A DNA stretch of 64,000 bases from an uncultured Acidobacteriota bacterium (lineage in GTDB: Bacteria > Acidobacteriota > Thermoanaerobaculia > UBA5066 > Gp7-AA6): NCBI GenBank assembly GCA_963733815.1, contig CAVTEG010000009.1, positions 115,580 to 179,579 on the forward strand. Direction: 5' to 3'. This document shows, in pieces, positions 1 through 8,698 of the stretch (the stretch's first letter is position 1; every line of letters begins with the position of its first letter). The translations under genes were made by a program, and so were the position numbers. The notes beneath the pieces were generated by a model that saw only the letters and a program-made list of their open reading frames with translations, was not told the origin of the DNA and searched no databases.

Positions 1-139
1 AGGCGCGATCGTCGATTCGGTAGAAGCGGAATCCGGGCGTTGAAAGCTCGACGCCCGTGACGGGCGGCGCACCCGGAGCCGGCGCGAGTGTGGTCGCCGC
101 GCCGGCCGCGCCCGCGAGCAGGATCAGAGCCAGCAGCAT
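1..139 (-). CDS. exported protein, N-terminal fragment (gene runs off left edge)
   Basis: ATG at 139 (minus) with GAGGGA 8 nt upstream. Translation MLLALILLAGAAGAATTLAPAPGAPPVTGVELSTPGFRFYRIDDRA is signal-peptide-like and open to base 1. Below the ORF-track size cut-off. Confidence 0.4.
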   Translation of the reverse strand, partial: MLLALILLAGAAGAATTLAPAPGAPPVTGVELSTPGFRFYRIDDRA

Positions 140-231
140 CGGCAATGTCCCTCGGTCCTGCGAGGACCGGGCTGAAGTCTCCGCCCCGGAAACTGGCCCG
201 TCAAGCCCGGGCCTGCGATAAGTTAGGCGGC

Positions 232-999
232 GTGAAACGCTTGGTGGACCTGACCGTCGACGACCTCGTCGCGCATCCGGTGTGGCGCTACGAGGGAGGT
301 GTGGGTCGGGACGCAATCGTCGTTCCCGCGACAAAGACCACGCTCTCGCGCAGTGACGACGAGATCTTCCTGGCGGGGAGCGACTTCGAGCTCTTCGACA
401 CGACGAAGCACTTCGGGTTCTGCTTTCCGGCCGACGACACGGGCATCGCGTATCTGCAGCCGGTCATCCTGACGCGCTCGGGTCCGGTGAGCTTCTGGTT
501 CGATGAGTCGCCCTCGAAGGAGAAGCTTTCGAAGCAGTGGAGGCTCCTCGGGAAGGACGAGGCCGAGATCTTTCCGGCGACCTTTCGCTGCCGCGTCCTC
601 GTCGACGGCCGGATCATCACGGGCCGAATCACCAGCGTCGAGTCGGCGGAACCCTTGCCGAAGGGAGCTTCGGAAGAACCGCGCCGCGTCGGGATCGGCA
701 CGGGAGAGAAGCGCACGTCCCGGCGGCGTCCTGCCGAGATGGCGGTCGAGTTCACGCAGGACACCCTCTACGGAACGGGTGTGACGAGCGACATCTCGCG
801 GCGCGGCATGTTCGTGCGCACGACACGCACTCCGGGAACCGGCCCGATCGTGCGCCTGACGGTGCACCTGCCGGAAGGACGCAAGCTGTTCCTCACGGGA
901 AAGGTCGTCCGAAGTCAGAGGACGGGCCCCGGGTTCGGACTCCGGCTTTCCGGCGAGTGGCCGAACTTCGAGGATCTCTTCCCGCGGCGGCGGAAGTAG
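232..999 (+). CDS. PilZ domain protein (c-di-GMP receptor family) with uncharacterised N-terminal domain
   Basis: ORF 88..999; likely GTG start at 232. C-terminus RTSRRRPAEMAVEF...GVTSDISRRGMFV...LTGKVV carries the RxxxR and D-x-S-x-x-G PilZ signatures. Confidence 0.6.
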   Translation: MKRLVDLTVDDLVAHPVWRYEGGVGRDAIVVPATKTTLSRSDDEIFLAGSDFELFDTTKHFGFCFPADDTGIAYLQPVILTRSGPVSFWFDESPSKEKLSKQWRLLGKDEAEIFPATFRCRVLVDGRIITGRITSVESAEPLPKGASEEPRRVGIGTGEKRTSRRRPAEMAVEFTQDTLYGTGVTSDISRRGMFVRTTRTPGTGPIVRLTVHLPEGRKLFLTGKVVRSQRTGPGFGLRLSGEWPNFEDLFPRRRK

Positions 1000-1134
1000 C
1001 CTCGCCCGACGGCGTTTCGCGATCTTCTTCGTCGATTCTCTGAGCTTTGCGCGAGCTCGCGCGCATGCAAGTCCACTGCCGGCACTCATGTTGCACGCTT
1101 TTTCCAGCCGCGTCGCCGGGATCGGAATGGGGAA

Positions 1135-1161
1135 TGTCGATCTCGGCCCTCGCCGTTCGTC
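1135..1161 (+). promoter_or_regulatory. ECF-type promoter candidate P1 (TGTCGAT-N14-TTCGTC)
   Basis: TGTCGATCTCGGCCCTCGCCGTTCGTC. Intergenic, 41 nt upstream of the ATG at 1202. Same bipartite motif as at 5750, 7247 and 11650. Confidence 0.55.
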
Positions 1162-1201
1162 AATCCAGTGTGGGGACGATCATCCAACTCGAGGAGGCCA
1201 G

Positions 1202-1582
1202 ATGCTGACTGATGGAAAAGTACACACCATGCTGCCGGTCAAAGACTTGAAGGAGGCCGAGAGGTTCTACGGAGGGATCCTGGGGCTTCGTAAGGTCCAC
1301 GAGGAGAACGGCGGGGCCGTCACCTATGAAAGCGGCGGCGCGACGGTCGTGGTTTACGTCTCCCAGTACGCGGGCACGAACAAGGGCACCGCCGCGTCCT
1401 GGAGCGTGAAGGACGTCGAGAAGGAAGTGAAGGAGCTCAAGGGAAAGGGAGTGTCCTTCGAGCACTACGACGACCTTCCGGAAACGACGCGGAAGGGGGA
1501 TACGCACTTCGCCGGTCCCATGAAGTTGGCCTGGTTCAAGGATCCGACGGGAAACATCCTGGGACTCGAGAGCCGGGCGTAA
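1202..1582 (+). CDS. VOC / glyoxalase-bleomycin resistance family protein
   Basis: ATG 1202 after GAGGAGG. MLPVKDLKEAERFYGGILGL...KLAWFKDPTGNILGL is a typical VOC fold pattern. Confidence 0.75.
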   Translation: MLTDGKVHTMLPVKDLKEAERFYGGILGLRKVHEENGGAVTYESGGATVVVYVSQYAGTNKGTAASWSVKDVEKEVKELKGKGVSFEHYDDLPETTRKGDTHFAGPMKLAWFKDPTGNILGLESRA

Positions 1583-1636
1583 CCCGGACGCTTCGAGCAC
1601 GTTCTCGGAATCTGCAGGAACAAGGAGAGCCGACGT

Positions 1637-2143
1637 ATGTCCGTAAGAAGCCCAAGAAGAAGGACCGCCGCCCTCCGGGACCGGCGCGAGCTCGTCGTCG
1701 AGCGCACGCTCGATGCGCCGCGCGACATCCTTTTTCGCGCCTGGACCGATCCCGCGCTCGTGGCGCGGTGGTGGGGCCCGAGAGGATTCACCAACCCCGT
1801 CTGCGAGATCGACGCGCGAGAGACCGGAGCCATCCGCATCGATATGCGCGGTCCGGACGGCACGATCTATCCGATGGCCGGCGTCTTCGGAGAAATCGTC
1901 GTTCCGGAAAAGCTCGTCTTCCTGAGCGCGGCGCTGAACGATGACGGCCATCCGCTGTTCGAGACCGAGAACGTCGTGAGGTTCGTCGAGCGGCAGGGGA
2001 AGACTTCCGTCCGTATGGTCGTTCGCCTGGCCTGGTGGTGGCCTGAGGCCCCTCCGTATCTGGGCGGGATGGAGGAAGGATGGGAGCAGAGCCTGGAGCG
2101 CCTTGCCCAAGTCGTCGCGGACGCGGATCCGGAGAGAGCGTGA
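1637..2143 (+). CDS. SRPBCC family protein (AHSA1/START-like)
   Basis: ELVVERTLDAPRDILFRAWTDPALVARWWGPRGF...GPDGTIYPMAGVFGEIVVPEKLVF is the Aha1-like SRPBCC pattern. Confidence 0.75.
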   Translation: MSVRSPRRRTAALRDRRELVVERTLDAPRDILFRAWTDPALVARWWGPRGFTNPVCEIDARETGAIRIDMRGPDGTIYPMAGVFGEIVVPEKLVFLSAALNDDGHPLFETENVVRFVERQGKTSVRMVVRLAWWWPEAPPYLGGMEEGWEQSLERLAQVVADADPERA

Positions 2144-2607
2144 AGGCCCGCGAGACGGCGGCTCCTGAGGTTTCCGACAACGAGATCGTCGCCAGCCGGG
2201 CCTTCGAATCGCCGAGGCCTCGGGCCTATCGCGCGTGGATCGATCCGGACAGGGTCGGAAAGTGGTGGGGACCCGCGGGCTTTACGATCACGACGCACGA
2301 GATCGATGTCCGTCCGGGAGGCGTCTGGCGGTTCACCATGCACGGTCCCGACGGCGTCGACTACCAGAACAAGATCCTCTACGTCGAGATTGCGGAGCCC
2401 GACCGCCTGGTCTACGACCACGTCTCGGGTCCGCGCTTCCACGCGGTCGTCACCTTTGGAGACGAGCCGGTCGGCCGGACGCGGGTCACGGTCCGCATGG
2501 TTTTCGAATCGGCCGCCGAGCGCGATCGGGTCGCCGAGAAGTTCCGCGCCGTAGAAGGACTCGGCCAGACGCTGGAGCGGCTCGGCGAGCACGTGGCGCT
2601 GCGGTGA
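2140..2607 (+). CDS. SRPBCC family protein (AHSA1/START-like), tandem paralog
   Basis: GTG 2140 overlaps the upstream TGA (GTGA). IVASRAFESPRPRAYRAWIDPDRVGKWWGPAGF...MHGPDGVDYQNKILYVEIAEPDRLVY. Confidence 0.7.
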   Translation: MKARETAAPEVSDNEIVASRAFESPRPRAYRAWIDPDRVGKWWGPAGFTITTHEIDVRPGGVWRFTMHGPDGVDYQNKILYVEIAEPDRLVYDHVSGPRFHAVVTFGDEPVGRTRVTVRMVFESAAERDRVAEKFRAVEGLGQTLERLGEHVALR

Positions 2608-2635
2608 AGTCTCGCCGGGACCGGCGGCGCCGGAG

Positions 2636-3115
2636 TTACCGCTTCCGGGTGCGAGCCCGAGTGCGCGCGGCCTTCTTCGCGGCCCGGGAACGCGCCGCGG
2701 CGCCGCGCCGCCGAGCGCTCGACCGAGCCTGCCGCGCCAGCGCCACCTTCGAGGCCGCCGACCGGCCTTCCCGTCGAAGCGCCTTTTTCGTGGCGCTCGA
2801 TCTCTTCGGGGAAACCTTGGAAACCCCTCTTTTCCCGCGCGTCCGGTCGCGCGCCGCGGATTTGCGCGTGGTCGCCGAGACCGTTCCCTCCTTCGGGGGT
2901 GGAAGCGCCACTCCCGAGCGGCGCGCCTTGGAGAGTCCGATGGCAATCGCCTGTTTCGTCGACCGGGCGCCGTGCTTGCCCTCTCGCACGTGGTGCATCT
3001 CTTCACGAACGAACTCGCCGGCCTGCGTCGTCGGAGATTTCCCTTCTCTCGCGTCCTCGTTCGCGGCCGCGAGGGCTTCTTCGTCCGTGTCGGGGTGCTT
3101 TTGACGTTCCGCCAT
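2636..3115 (-). CDS. small basic protein (DUF6496-like N-terminus, Lys/Arg/Ala-rich tail)
   Basis: ATG 3115 after GAGGAG. TQAGEFVREEMHHVREGKHGARSTKQAIAIGLSKARRSGV is followed by a histone-H1-like basic tail. The family name is from memory. Confidence 0.55.
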   Translation of the reverse strand: MAERQKHPDTDEEALAAANEDAREGKSPTTQAGEFVREEMHHVREGKHGARSTKQAIAIGLSKARRSGVALPPPKEGTVSATTRKSAARDRTRGKRGVSKVSPKRSSATKKALRREGRSAASKVALARQARSSARRRGAAARSRAAKKAARTRARTRKR

Positions 3116-3264
3116 AGTGTTCTCCTCGAAATCCTGCGGCCGCAAGAAGCTTGCCAGCTTCCGAACAGCGGAACGGCGCCGCACTTCGATCGGTTTGCCC
3201 GGGCCTTCGTAGTACTTTGCGTCGGCTCTGGAATCCCGAGGAGGAAGATGAGACGGGCCCCTCG

Positions 3265-4737
3265 ATGACCAATGTCCCGGATCCCGGCGCGGTCATGGGC
3301 GCGGACGGTGTGCCGGTAGGAGAAGGAGCCGTCGCCGCGTCCGCCGCGATCCCGGCGCCGGCGGCGCCGGGTCGAAAGACGTTCGATCGATCGCTCGTCG
3401 AGGGGCCGATCGGACCGGCCGTATGGAAGATCGCCTGGCCGACGATGCTCCAGAACGTCATCGCGGGCCTCCAGGGGATCATCGACCACGCGATGGTCGG
3501 CCACTTCGTGGGCTACACCGCCAACGCGGCGATCGGCGTCTCGTGGCAGATCGTGATCGTGGTCATCGTGTTCGCGAGCTCGGTGTTCAGCGGGATGGGC
3601 GTGCTCGTGGCGCGGTTCGCGGGCGCGAACCAGCCGCATCGGGTCAACCGGGTCGTCTACCAGTCGTTCCTGACGGCGGCGGGCCTCTCGATCCTCCTCG
3701 GATCGCTCGGTTGGCTCGCTGCGCCGAGCCTTCTCGACCTCGTCAACGCGGCGCCCGCCGTCCGTGCGCAGGCGATGCCGTTTCTGCGGGCGATGCTCGT
3801 CGGAATCCTCGGCATGATGATTTTCTTCATGTTGAGCGGCGCTTTCCGCGCCGCGGGAGACGCGCGCACGCCGCTGCGGCTGGGCCTCCTGATGACCGGG
3901 CTGACGATCGTCTTCAACGTGATCCTGATTCCGATCTACGGCACGCTCGGGGCCGCGCTGGGCACGATCGCGAGCAGCACGATCGTGTCGGCGTACGGCC
4001 TGTGGCGCCTGACCCGCCCGGAGTCGGTGATCCACTTCGAGCCGGGCATGCACAAGGCGCCGGACCTGGCGATCATCCGGGAGCTGTTCCGCTTCGGTCT
4101 TCCCACCGGGGTCCAGGGGATCGCGATGAACGTCGCCGGCGTGCTGCTTCTGCGTTTCATCGGTTCTCTCCCGCAGAGCGCCGCGGCCCAGGCGGCCTTC
4201 GCCGTCGGCTACACGGAGCTCTTCTCGCTGATCACCTGGACGTCGGTCGGCCTGATGGGCGCCACGGCGGCGATCGCCGGCCAGAATCTGGGAGCGGGAC
4301 GGCCCGACCGCGTGATCGAGGGCGTTTGGGTCGCGTCGCGGATCGGTCTGGGCGCGGCGGTGGTCGTCGGCGCGCTGTTCCTGGCGGTGCCGAGGCTCCT
4401 TCTGGCCGTCTTCGGGATGAAGGATCCGGTGGTGCTCGGCCTGGGTGTGCAGCTGCTGCGGTTTCTGTCGCTCTCCGGGCTTTTCATCACCGTGGCCCTG
4501 TGTTTTACGGGCGCTCTGCAGGGCACCGGAGACACGCGGAGCCCGCTCTACATCTCGATCGTGTCGCAGATCGTGGTGCCCCTGGGCCTCTGCGTGCTCC
4601 TCCAGGGGACGCGCGGACTGACGCCGGCCGGCATCTGGACGGCGATCGTTCTGGGCCACATGACGCGGTGCGTGCTCTCGGTGGCCCGGTTCCGGATGCA
4701 GAGGTGGCGGGGGATCGAGGTGGCGATCCCGTCGTGA
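3265..4737 (+). CDS. MATE family efflux transporter
   Basis: ORF 3151..4737; likely ATG at 3265. IAWPTMLQNVIAGLQGIIDHAMVGHFVG and 12 TM-like hydrophobic segments. Confidence 0.8.
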   Translation: MTNVPDPGAVMGADGVPVGEGAVAASAAIPAPAAPGRKTFDRSLVEGPIGPAVWKIAWPTMLQNVIAGLQGIIDHAMVGHFVGYTANAAIGVSWQIVIVVIVFASSVFSGMGVLVARFAGANQPHRVNRVVYQSFLTAAGLSILLGSLGWLAAPSLLDLVNAAPAVRAQAMPFLRAMLVGILGMMIFFMLSGAFRAAGDARTPLRLGLLMTGLTIVFNVILIPIYGTLGAALGTIASSTIVSAYGLWRLTRPESVIHFEPGMHKAPDLAIIRELFRFGLPTGVQGIAMNVAGVLLLRFIGSLPQSAAAQAAFAVGYTELFSLITWTSVGLMGATAAIAGQNLGAGRPDRVIEGVWVASRIGLGAAVVVGALFLAVPRLLLAVFGMKDPVVLGLGVQLLRFLSLSGLFITVALCFTGALQGTGDTRSPLYISIVSQIVVPLGLCVLLQGTRGLTPAGIWTAIVLGHMTRCVLSVARFRMQRWRGIEVAIPS

Positions 4738-4772
4738 TGCGGCGGAAGGGATGATCACGCCTCATCGGCGAC

Positions 4773-4803
4773 TGGTCATGTCATTTCCGGCGTAAGTGGT
4801 CAT
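4773..4803 (+). repeat. direct repeat TGGTCAT-N17-TGGTCAT (copy A of a duplicated upstream segment)
   Basis: TGGTCATGTCATTTCCGGCGTAAGTGGTCATTG. Compare with 7174..7204. Confidence 0.5.
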
Positions 4804-4861
4804 TGCACGCCGCCGCTCTCCAAGAGAGGCTTTCGCGAGCCGGACGCGAAGAGGACGTTCG

Positions 4862-5677
4862 GTGACCGGGCGGCTTTCTCGCCTCGGCCTGGAGTTGCTC
4901 GTGCTTTCTCTCGTGGGTTCGAAGTTGGCATCCGGACAGCAGGGGAACGCAGCCGGTAACACTTGCTGCCCCGTCGTGGAGCTCCGGCAGTACACCCTTC
5001 ACCCGGGGCAGCGCGACGTCCTGATCGATCTGTTCGACCGTGAGTTCGTCGAGACCCAGGAGGCCGAGGGGATGCGAGTCATCGGCCAGTTCCGCGACCT
5101 CGACAACCCGAACCGATTCGTGTGGCTTCGGGGATTCGCCGACATGCCGGGACGCGCGCGATCGCTGGGAGCTTTCTATGGGGGCCCCACGTGGAAAACG
5201 CACAAAAATGCTGCGAACGCGACGATGATCGACTCCGACAACGTCCTGCTGCTCAAGCCGGCGCGGCCGGCATCCGAGTTCTCGGTGGAGAAGCTCCGAC
5301 GTCCTGCGCCCGGCGCGACCCAAGTGCCGAAGACACTCGTGGTCGCCACGATCTACTACCTCGATGCGCCTCCGGATGAAGCCTTCCTGGATTCATTCGA
5401 GCGCGAGGTCCTTCCCGGCTTTCGGTCCGCGGGCGCTTCCATGATCGGTTGGTTCGTGACCGAAAGCAGCCCCAACACGTTTCCTGCGCTTCCCGTTCGA
5501 GAGGGGGAGCACGTGATGGCCTTCTTCTCGTTATTTGGGGACCGGGCGGCGTACGAGAAGTATCTCGGTGTGCTGGAGCGTTCCGGTGGCACGCCGAAGG
5601 CCCTGTCGAGCCGGCTCAAACGCCCTCCCGAGACCCTTCGGCTGTCGCCCACATCCCGCTCGCTTCTTGGGAGTTGA
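4862..5677 (+). CDS. NIPSNAP family protein (two NIPSNAP repeats), signal peptide
   Basis: ORF 4796..5677; GTG 4862 after AGAGGA gives VTGRLSRLGLELLVLSLVGSKLASG. VVELRQYTLHPGQRDVLIDLFDREFVETQEAEGMRVIGQFRDLDNPNRFVWLRGF. Confidence 0.7.
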   Translation: MTGRLSRLGLELLVLSLVGSKLASGQQGNAAGNTCCPVVELRQYTLHPGQRDVLIDLFDREFVETQEAEGMRVIGQFRDLDNPNRFVWLRGFADMPGRARSLGAFYGGPTWKTHKNAANATMIDSDNVLLLKPARPASEFSVEKLRRPAPGATQVPKTLVVATIYYLDAPPDEAFLDSFEREVLPGFRSAGASMIGWFVTESSPNTFPALPVREGEHVMAFFSLFGDRAAYEKYLGVLERSGGTPKALSSRLKRPPETLRLSPTSRSLLGS

Positions 5678-5685
5678 CGCCCGGC

Positions 5686-5728
5686 GGGCGCGCGGGCGCG
5701 CGGGCGCGCGGGCGGGCGGGCGGACGGG
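5686..5728 (+). repeat. G-tract / (GGGCGCGC)x3 low-complexity repeat
   Basis: Seven GGG runs in 43 nt: GGGCGCGCGGGCGCGCGGGCGCGCGGGCGGGCGGGCGGACGGG. Lies between the NIPSNAP stop and promoter candidate P2. Confidence 0.8.
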
Positions 5729-5749
5729 CGGTTATAGGCTCGTTTTCTT

Positions 5750-5776
5750 TGTCGATCCCGCGGCAACCCGTTCGTC
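5750..5776 (+). promoter_or_regulatory. ECF-type promoter candidate P2 (TGTCGAT-N14-TTCGTC)
   Basis: TGTCGATCCCGCGGCAACCCGTTCGTC, 80 nt upstream of the ATG at 5856. Confidence 0.55.
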
Positions 5777-5855
5777 GCCCGGGTAGAGCCAGGGTTCGAA
5801 CCGGTCGAATCCGCCCGGGGCCCGGCTCGGGACGTACAGAAAAGGAGACAGTCCG

Positions 5856-6281
5856 ATGAAAGTCATGGTGTTGATCAAGGCCAACGAGAAGTCCGAGGCC
5901 GGCATCCTGCCGAGCGAGAAGCTCTTCACCGAGATGATGGCCTTCAACGAGAGGCTCGTGAAGGCTGGCGTGATGCTGGCCGGAGAGGGCCTCCACGCGA
6001 GCTCGAAGGGCAAGCGGGTTCGCTTCCACAACGGAAGAGTGACGGTCGTCGACGGCCCCTTCGCGGAAACCAAGGAGCTACTGGCTGGTTTCTGGATGTG
6101 GAACGTGGGCTCCCTGGAGGAAGCGGTCGAGTGGGCCAAGCAGATCCCCAATCCCGACGACGAGACCGACGGCGAGATCGAGATCCGTCCGGTCTTCGAG
6201 GTCGGCGGCTGTGCGGACATTCCCGAAGACATGCGCGAGAAGGAAGAGCGCCTGCGCGCAGAGATCGTCCGAAAGATCTAA
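5856..6281 (+). CDS. YciI-like / DGPF domain protein (paralog 1)
   Basis: RBS AAGGAGA. MKVMVLIKANE...VTVVDGPFAETKELLAGFWMWNVGSLEEAVEWAK...EIEIRPVFE contains the DGPF-x-E-x-KE motif. Confidence 0.8.
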   Translation: MKVMVLIKANEKSEAGILPSEKLFTEMMAFNERLVKAGVMLAGEGLHASSKGKRVRFHNGRVTVVDGPFAETKELLAGFWMWNVGSLEEAVEWAKQIPNPDDETDGEIEIRPVFEVGGCADIPEDMREKEERLRAEIVRKI

Positions 6282-7130
6282 TCGCCGCGACGTTCCGAGA
6301 GCCGGGCCTCGAGGGCGCGCACTCGAGGCTCGAGCTTCGGATCATTGATCCTCCCGGCCTCTTCGGCGAAGGACGCCGTCGTCCCCCGCCAGCGCAGCGC
6401 CTCAACGTCGTCGAAAAGCGGCGCGTCGACTCGGAGGGTCGCGAGATGTTTGAAGAGCAGCGCCGCTTCGCGGCGAGGACCGAGGGCCTCGGGAGGGGAG
6501 TCCTCGAGCCGGCCCCAACGCTCGATGAACCGCGCCGCCGTCTTCGGGCCGATAACCGTCGATGCCCGGATATCCGTCGGCGGCATCTCCGACGAGCGCG
6601 AGGTAGTCCGGGAATCGCACCGGCGTCACGCCGAACTTCGCGCTCACCGCCGTCGGCGTTTCGGATCTTGCCGCTCTTGCGGTCGACCTGCACGACGCGA
6701 TCGCCGACGACGCACTGCGCCAGGTCCTTGTCGGGCGTCCAGATGCAGACCTTCTCGACGCGCGGGTCCTCCGCCGCCAGACGCGCCGCCGAGGCGAGCG
6801 CGTCGTCGGCTTCGAGCTCGACCATCGGCCCACACCGACGACGCCCATGGCGGTCAGCGCGTCCTCGAGCGGATGGAACTGCCTCCAGAGCGCCGGCTCG
6901 ATGCCCTCGCCGGTCTTGTAGCCCGCGCCAGAGGTCGTTGCGAAACGATTCGATGACGTGGTCGGTCGCGACGCCGATGTGCGTCGCTCCGCCCTCCAGC
7001 ATCTGCAGCGACCGTGTGCAGGACGCCGACCACGGCGCCGAACGGCGGGTCCGTCGCCATTGCTGAAGCGCCGGAGCCCGTAGAAGTGGCGGAAGAGCTC
7101 GTACGTGCCGTCGACGAGGTGAACGATCAT
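6278..7130 (-). pseudogene. 5'-3' exonuclease / flap endonuclease (Pol I N-terminal domain family), reading frame broken at least 4 times
   Basis: These conserved pieces lie in three minus-strand frames (ORFs 6402..7130, 5944..7161, 6278..6586): MIVHLVDGTYELFRHFYG (start 7130); GATHIGVATDHVIESFRNDLW; AGYKTGEGIEPALWRQFHPLEDAL; WPMVELEADDALASAARLAAEDPRVEKVCIWTPDKDLAQCVVGDRVVQVDR; KFGVTPVRFPDYLALVGDAADGYPGI; IGPKTAARFIERWGRLED. Confidence 0.75.
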
Positions 7131-7173
7131 GCGCGCGGCCCGACGATATCGGACCGCTCACCGGAGCGCCGAG

Positions 7174-7204
7174 TGGTCACATCGGCTTTCGCGAAAGTGG
7201 TCAT
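7174..7204 (+). repeat. direct repeat TGGTCAC-N17-TGGTCAT (copy B)
   Basis: TGGTCACATCGGCTTTCGCGAAAGTGGTCATTG, 43 nt upstream of P3. Same 24-nt register as 4773..4803. Confidence 0.5.
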
Positions 7205-7246
7205 TGAGCGAAGCTCAAGCCGAAGGAAGTCTTTCTTACGGACCCG

Positions 7247-7273
7247 TGTCGATTTCGGGTCCCGTCATTCGTC
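7247..7273 (+). promoter_or_regulatory. ECF-type promoter candidate P3 (TGTCGAT-N14-TTCGTC)
   Basis: TGTCGATTTCGGGTCCCGTCATTCGTC, 73 nt upstream of the ATG at 7346. Confidence 0.55.
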
Positions 7274-7345
7274 GTCCTGATAGAGGCAGGGATTGGCGGT
7301 GGATCGGAGCCGGCGTCCCCCTCACAAACGAAAGGAGATACGTCG

Positions 7346-7720
7346 ATGCGATTCCTCACGATGGTCAAGTCGAAGGAGCCCTGGGGACAGCCGCCGCAGG
7401 CGCTGATGGACGCCATTGCCAAGCTCGGCGCCGAGTCGTTCCAATCCGGGAAGATGGTCGAGACCGGAGGTCTCGCGCCGAGCGCGTTGGGCGCGAAGGT
7501 CCGGCTGGAAAACGGAAAGGTCACCGTCACCGACGGGCCGTTCTCCGAAGCCAAGGAAGTCATCGGCGGCTACGCGATCTTCGAGCTTCCCTCGAAGAAG
7601 GAAGCGATCGAAGAGACGGTCAAGTTCATGCAGCTCCACAAGGACCACTGGCCGGGCTGGGAGGGCGAGACCGAGGTCCGGCCGATGTTCACGATGCCGG
7701 GCCCCGGCCAGAAGTCCTGA
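7346..7720 (+). CDS. YciI-like / DGPF domain protein (paralog 2)
   Basis: RBS AAGGAGA. MRFLTMVKSKE...KVTVTDGPFSEAKEVIGGYAIFELPSKKEAIEETVKF...ETEVRPMF. Confidence 0.8.
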   Translation: MRFLTMVKSKEPWGQPPQALMDAIAKLGAESFQSGKMVETGGLAPSALGAKVRLENGKVTVTDGPFSEAKEVIGGYAIFELPSKKEAIEETVKFMQLHKDHWPGWEGETEVRPMFTMPGPGQKS

Positions 7721-7742
7721 CGGAGGGGCGGAGGAGGACGCC

Positions 7743-8129
7743 ATGAAGAAGCGAATCTGGGCGGGCCGCGTTCTCAGCGGGTTGGGGGTGGCATTTCTGG
7801 TCTTCGACATCGTCATCAAGTTCACGGGCGCGGCGCCGGTCGTCGAAGCGATGGAGCGGCTGGGATATCCGGTGCGGATGGCGCCGGTAATCGCAATCAT
7901 AGAGATTCCGTGCCTCATCTTCTATCTGATACCCCGCACGTCCGTCCTCGGCGCGCTGCTGTGGACGGCCTTTCTCGGCGGAGCCACGGCGAGCCAGGTT
8001 CGCATCGGCGAGCCGCTCTTCAGCCACATCCTGTTCCCGACCTACGTCGCGCTGTTGCTGTGGGGCGGACTCTGGCTTCGCAACGACCGCCTGCGCGCGC
8101 TCGTTCCCGTGACGCGCCCGCAGGCCTGA
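7743..8129 (+). CDS. DoxX-like integral membrane protein
   Basis: ATG 7743 after GGAGGAGGA. Four hydrophobic segments: MKKRIWAGRVLSGLGVAFLVFDIVIKF...LGALLWTAFLGGATASQVRIGEPLFSHILFPTYVALLLWGGLWLR. Confidence 0.65.
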   Translation: MKKRIWAGRVLSGLGVAFLVFDIVIKFTGAAPVVEAMERLGYPVRMAPVIAIIEIPCLIFYLIPRTSVLGALLWTAFLGGATASQVRIGEPLFSHILFPTYVALLLWGGLWLRNDRLRALVPVTRPQA

Positions 8130-8155
8130 CCCGATATGTCCAAGGAGAACGAACG

Positions 8156-8590
8156 ATGCGATTCATGATGCTGATGATTCCCCGAGGGCTACGAGAAGGC
8201 CGAGCCCGGCGCGATGCCGGATCGCCAAGGCCGTGGAGGCGATGATGAAGTACAACGAGTCGCTGCAGAAGGCCGGGGTGCTGCTGGCGCTCGACGGACT
8301 GCACCCGCCGTCGATGGGCGCGCGGGTCTCTTTCCGCGGAGGAAAGCCCAAGGTCACCGACGGGCCCTTCGCCGAGGCGAAGGAAGTGCTCGGCGGGTAC
8401 TGGATGATCCAGGTGAAGTCGCAAGGAAGAGGCGATCGAGTGGGCCAAGCGCTGCCCGGCCTCCGACAACGAGATGATCGAGATCCGCCAGGTGCAGGAG
8501 ATGGCCGATTTTCCGCCGGACGTGCAGGAGGCGGCGGCGGGATTCAGGGAGCTGCAGGACGCGCCGGACAGCAGGCGCAGCCTGACCTGA
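8156..8590 (+). pseudogene. YciI-like / DGPF domain protein (paralog 3), three +1 frame changes
   Basis: MRFMMLMIPRG is in the frame of ORF 7910. YEKAEPGAMPD is in the frame of ORF 8214. AKAVEAMMKYNESLQKAGVLLALDGLHPPSMGARVSFRGGKPKVTDGPFAEAKEVLGGYWMIQVKS is ORF 8233. KEEAIEWAKRCPASDNEMIEIRQVQEMADFPPDVQEAAAGF... runs to the TGA at 8588. The first shift is at a GGG run near 8186. Confidence 0.75.
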
Positions 8591-8698
8591 GGCGATTCGA
8601 AGCGAGTCGCGATTGGCGCATGACCGCCGATCGCCGGAGACCGTCTTCGCTCTCGTCGGGCGCGTCGAGCGCTCTGACAGATGTTCTGATCGGTAGGC

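Noticed and set aside
1049-1062. 14-bp perfect palindrome GCGCGAGCTCGCGC downstream of the PilZ gene
   Set aside because: It is a single GC-rich palindrome with no partner site, no loop for a stable terminator and no U-tract. This is expected by chance in this composition.
1867-4758. 963-aa minus-strand ORF, the longest on this stretch
   Set aside because: It is Arg/Pro/Asp/His-rich low-complexity sequence with no family signature. It is antisense to the well-supported SRPBCC, DUF6496-like and MATE genes. This is a typical stop-free antisense frame in 70 % GC DNA.
5790-5830. tRNA-like T-loop strings GGTTCGAACC / GTCGAATCC
   Set aside because: No flanking T-stem complementarity, acceptor stem or anticodon arm could be built. 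I found no tRNA in any intergenic region of the window.
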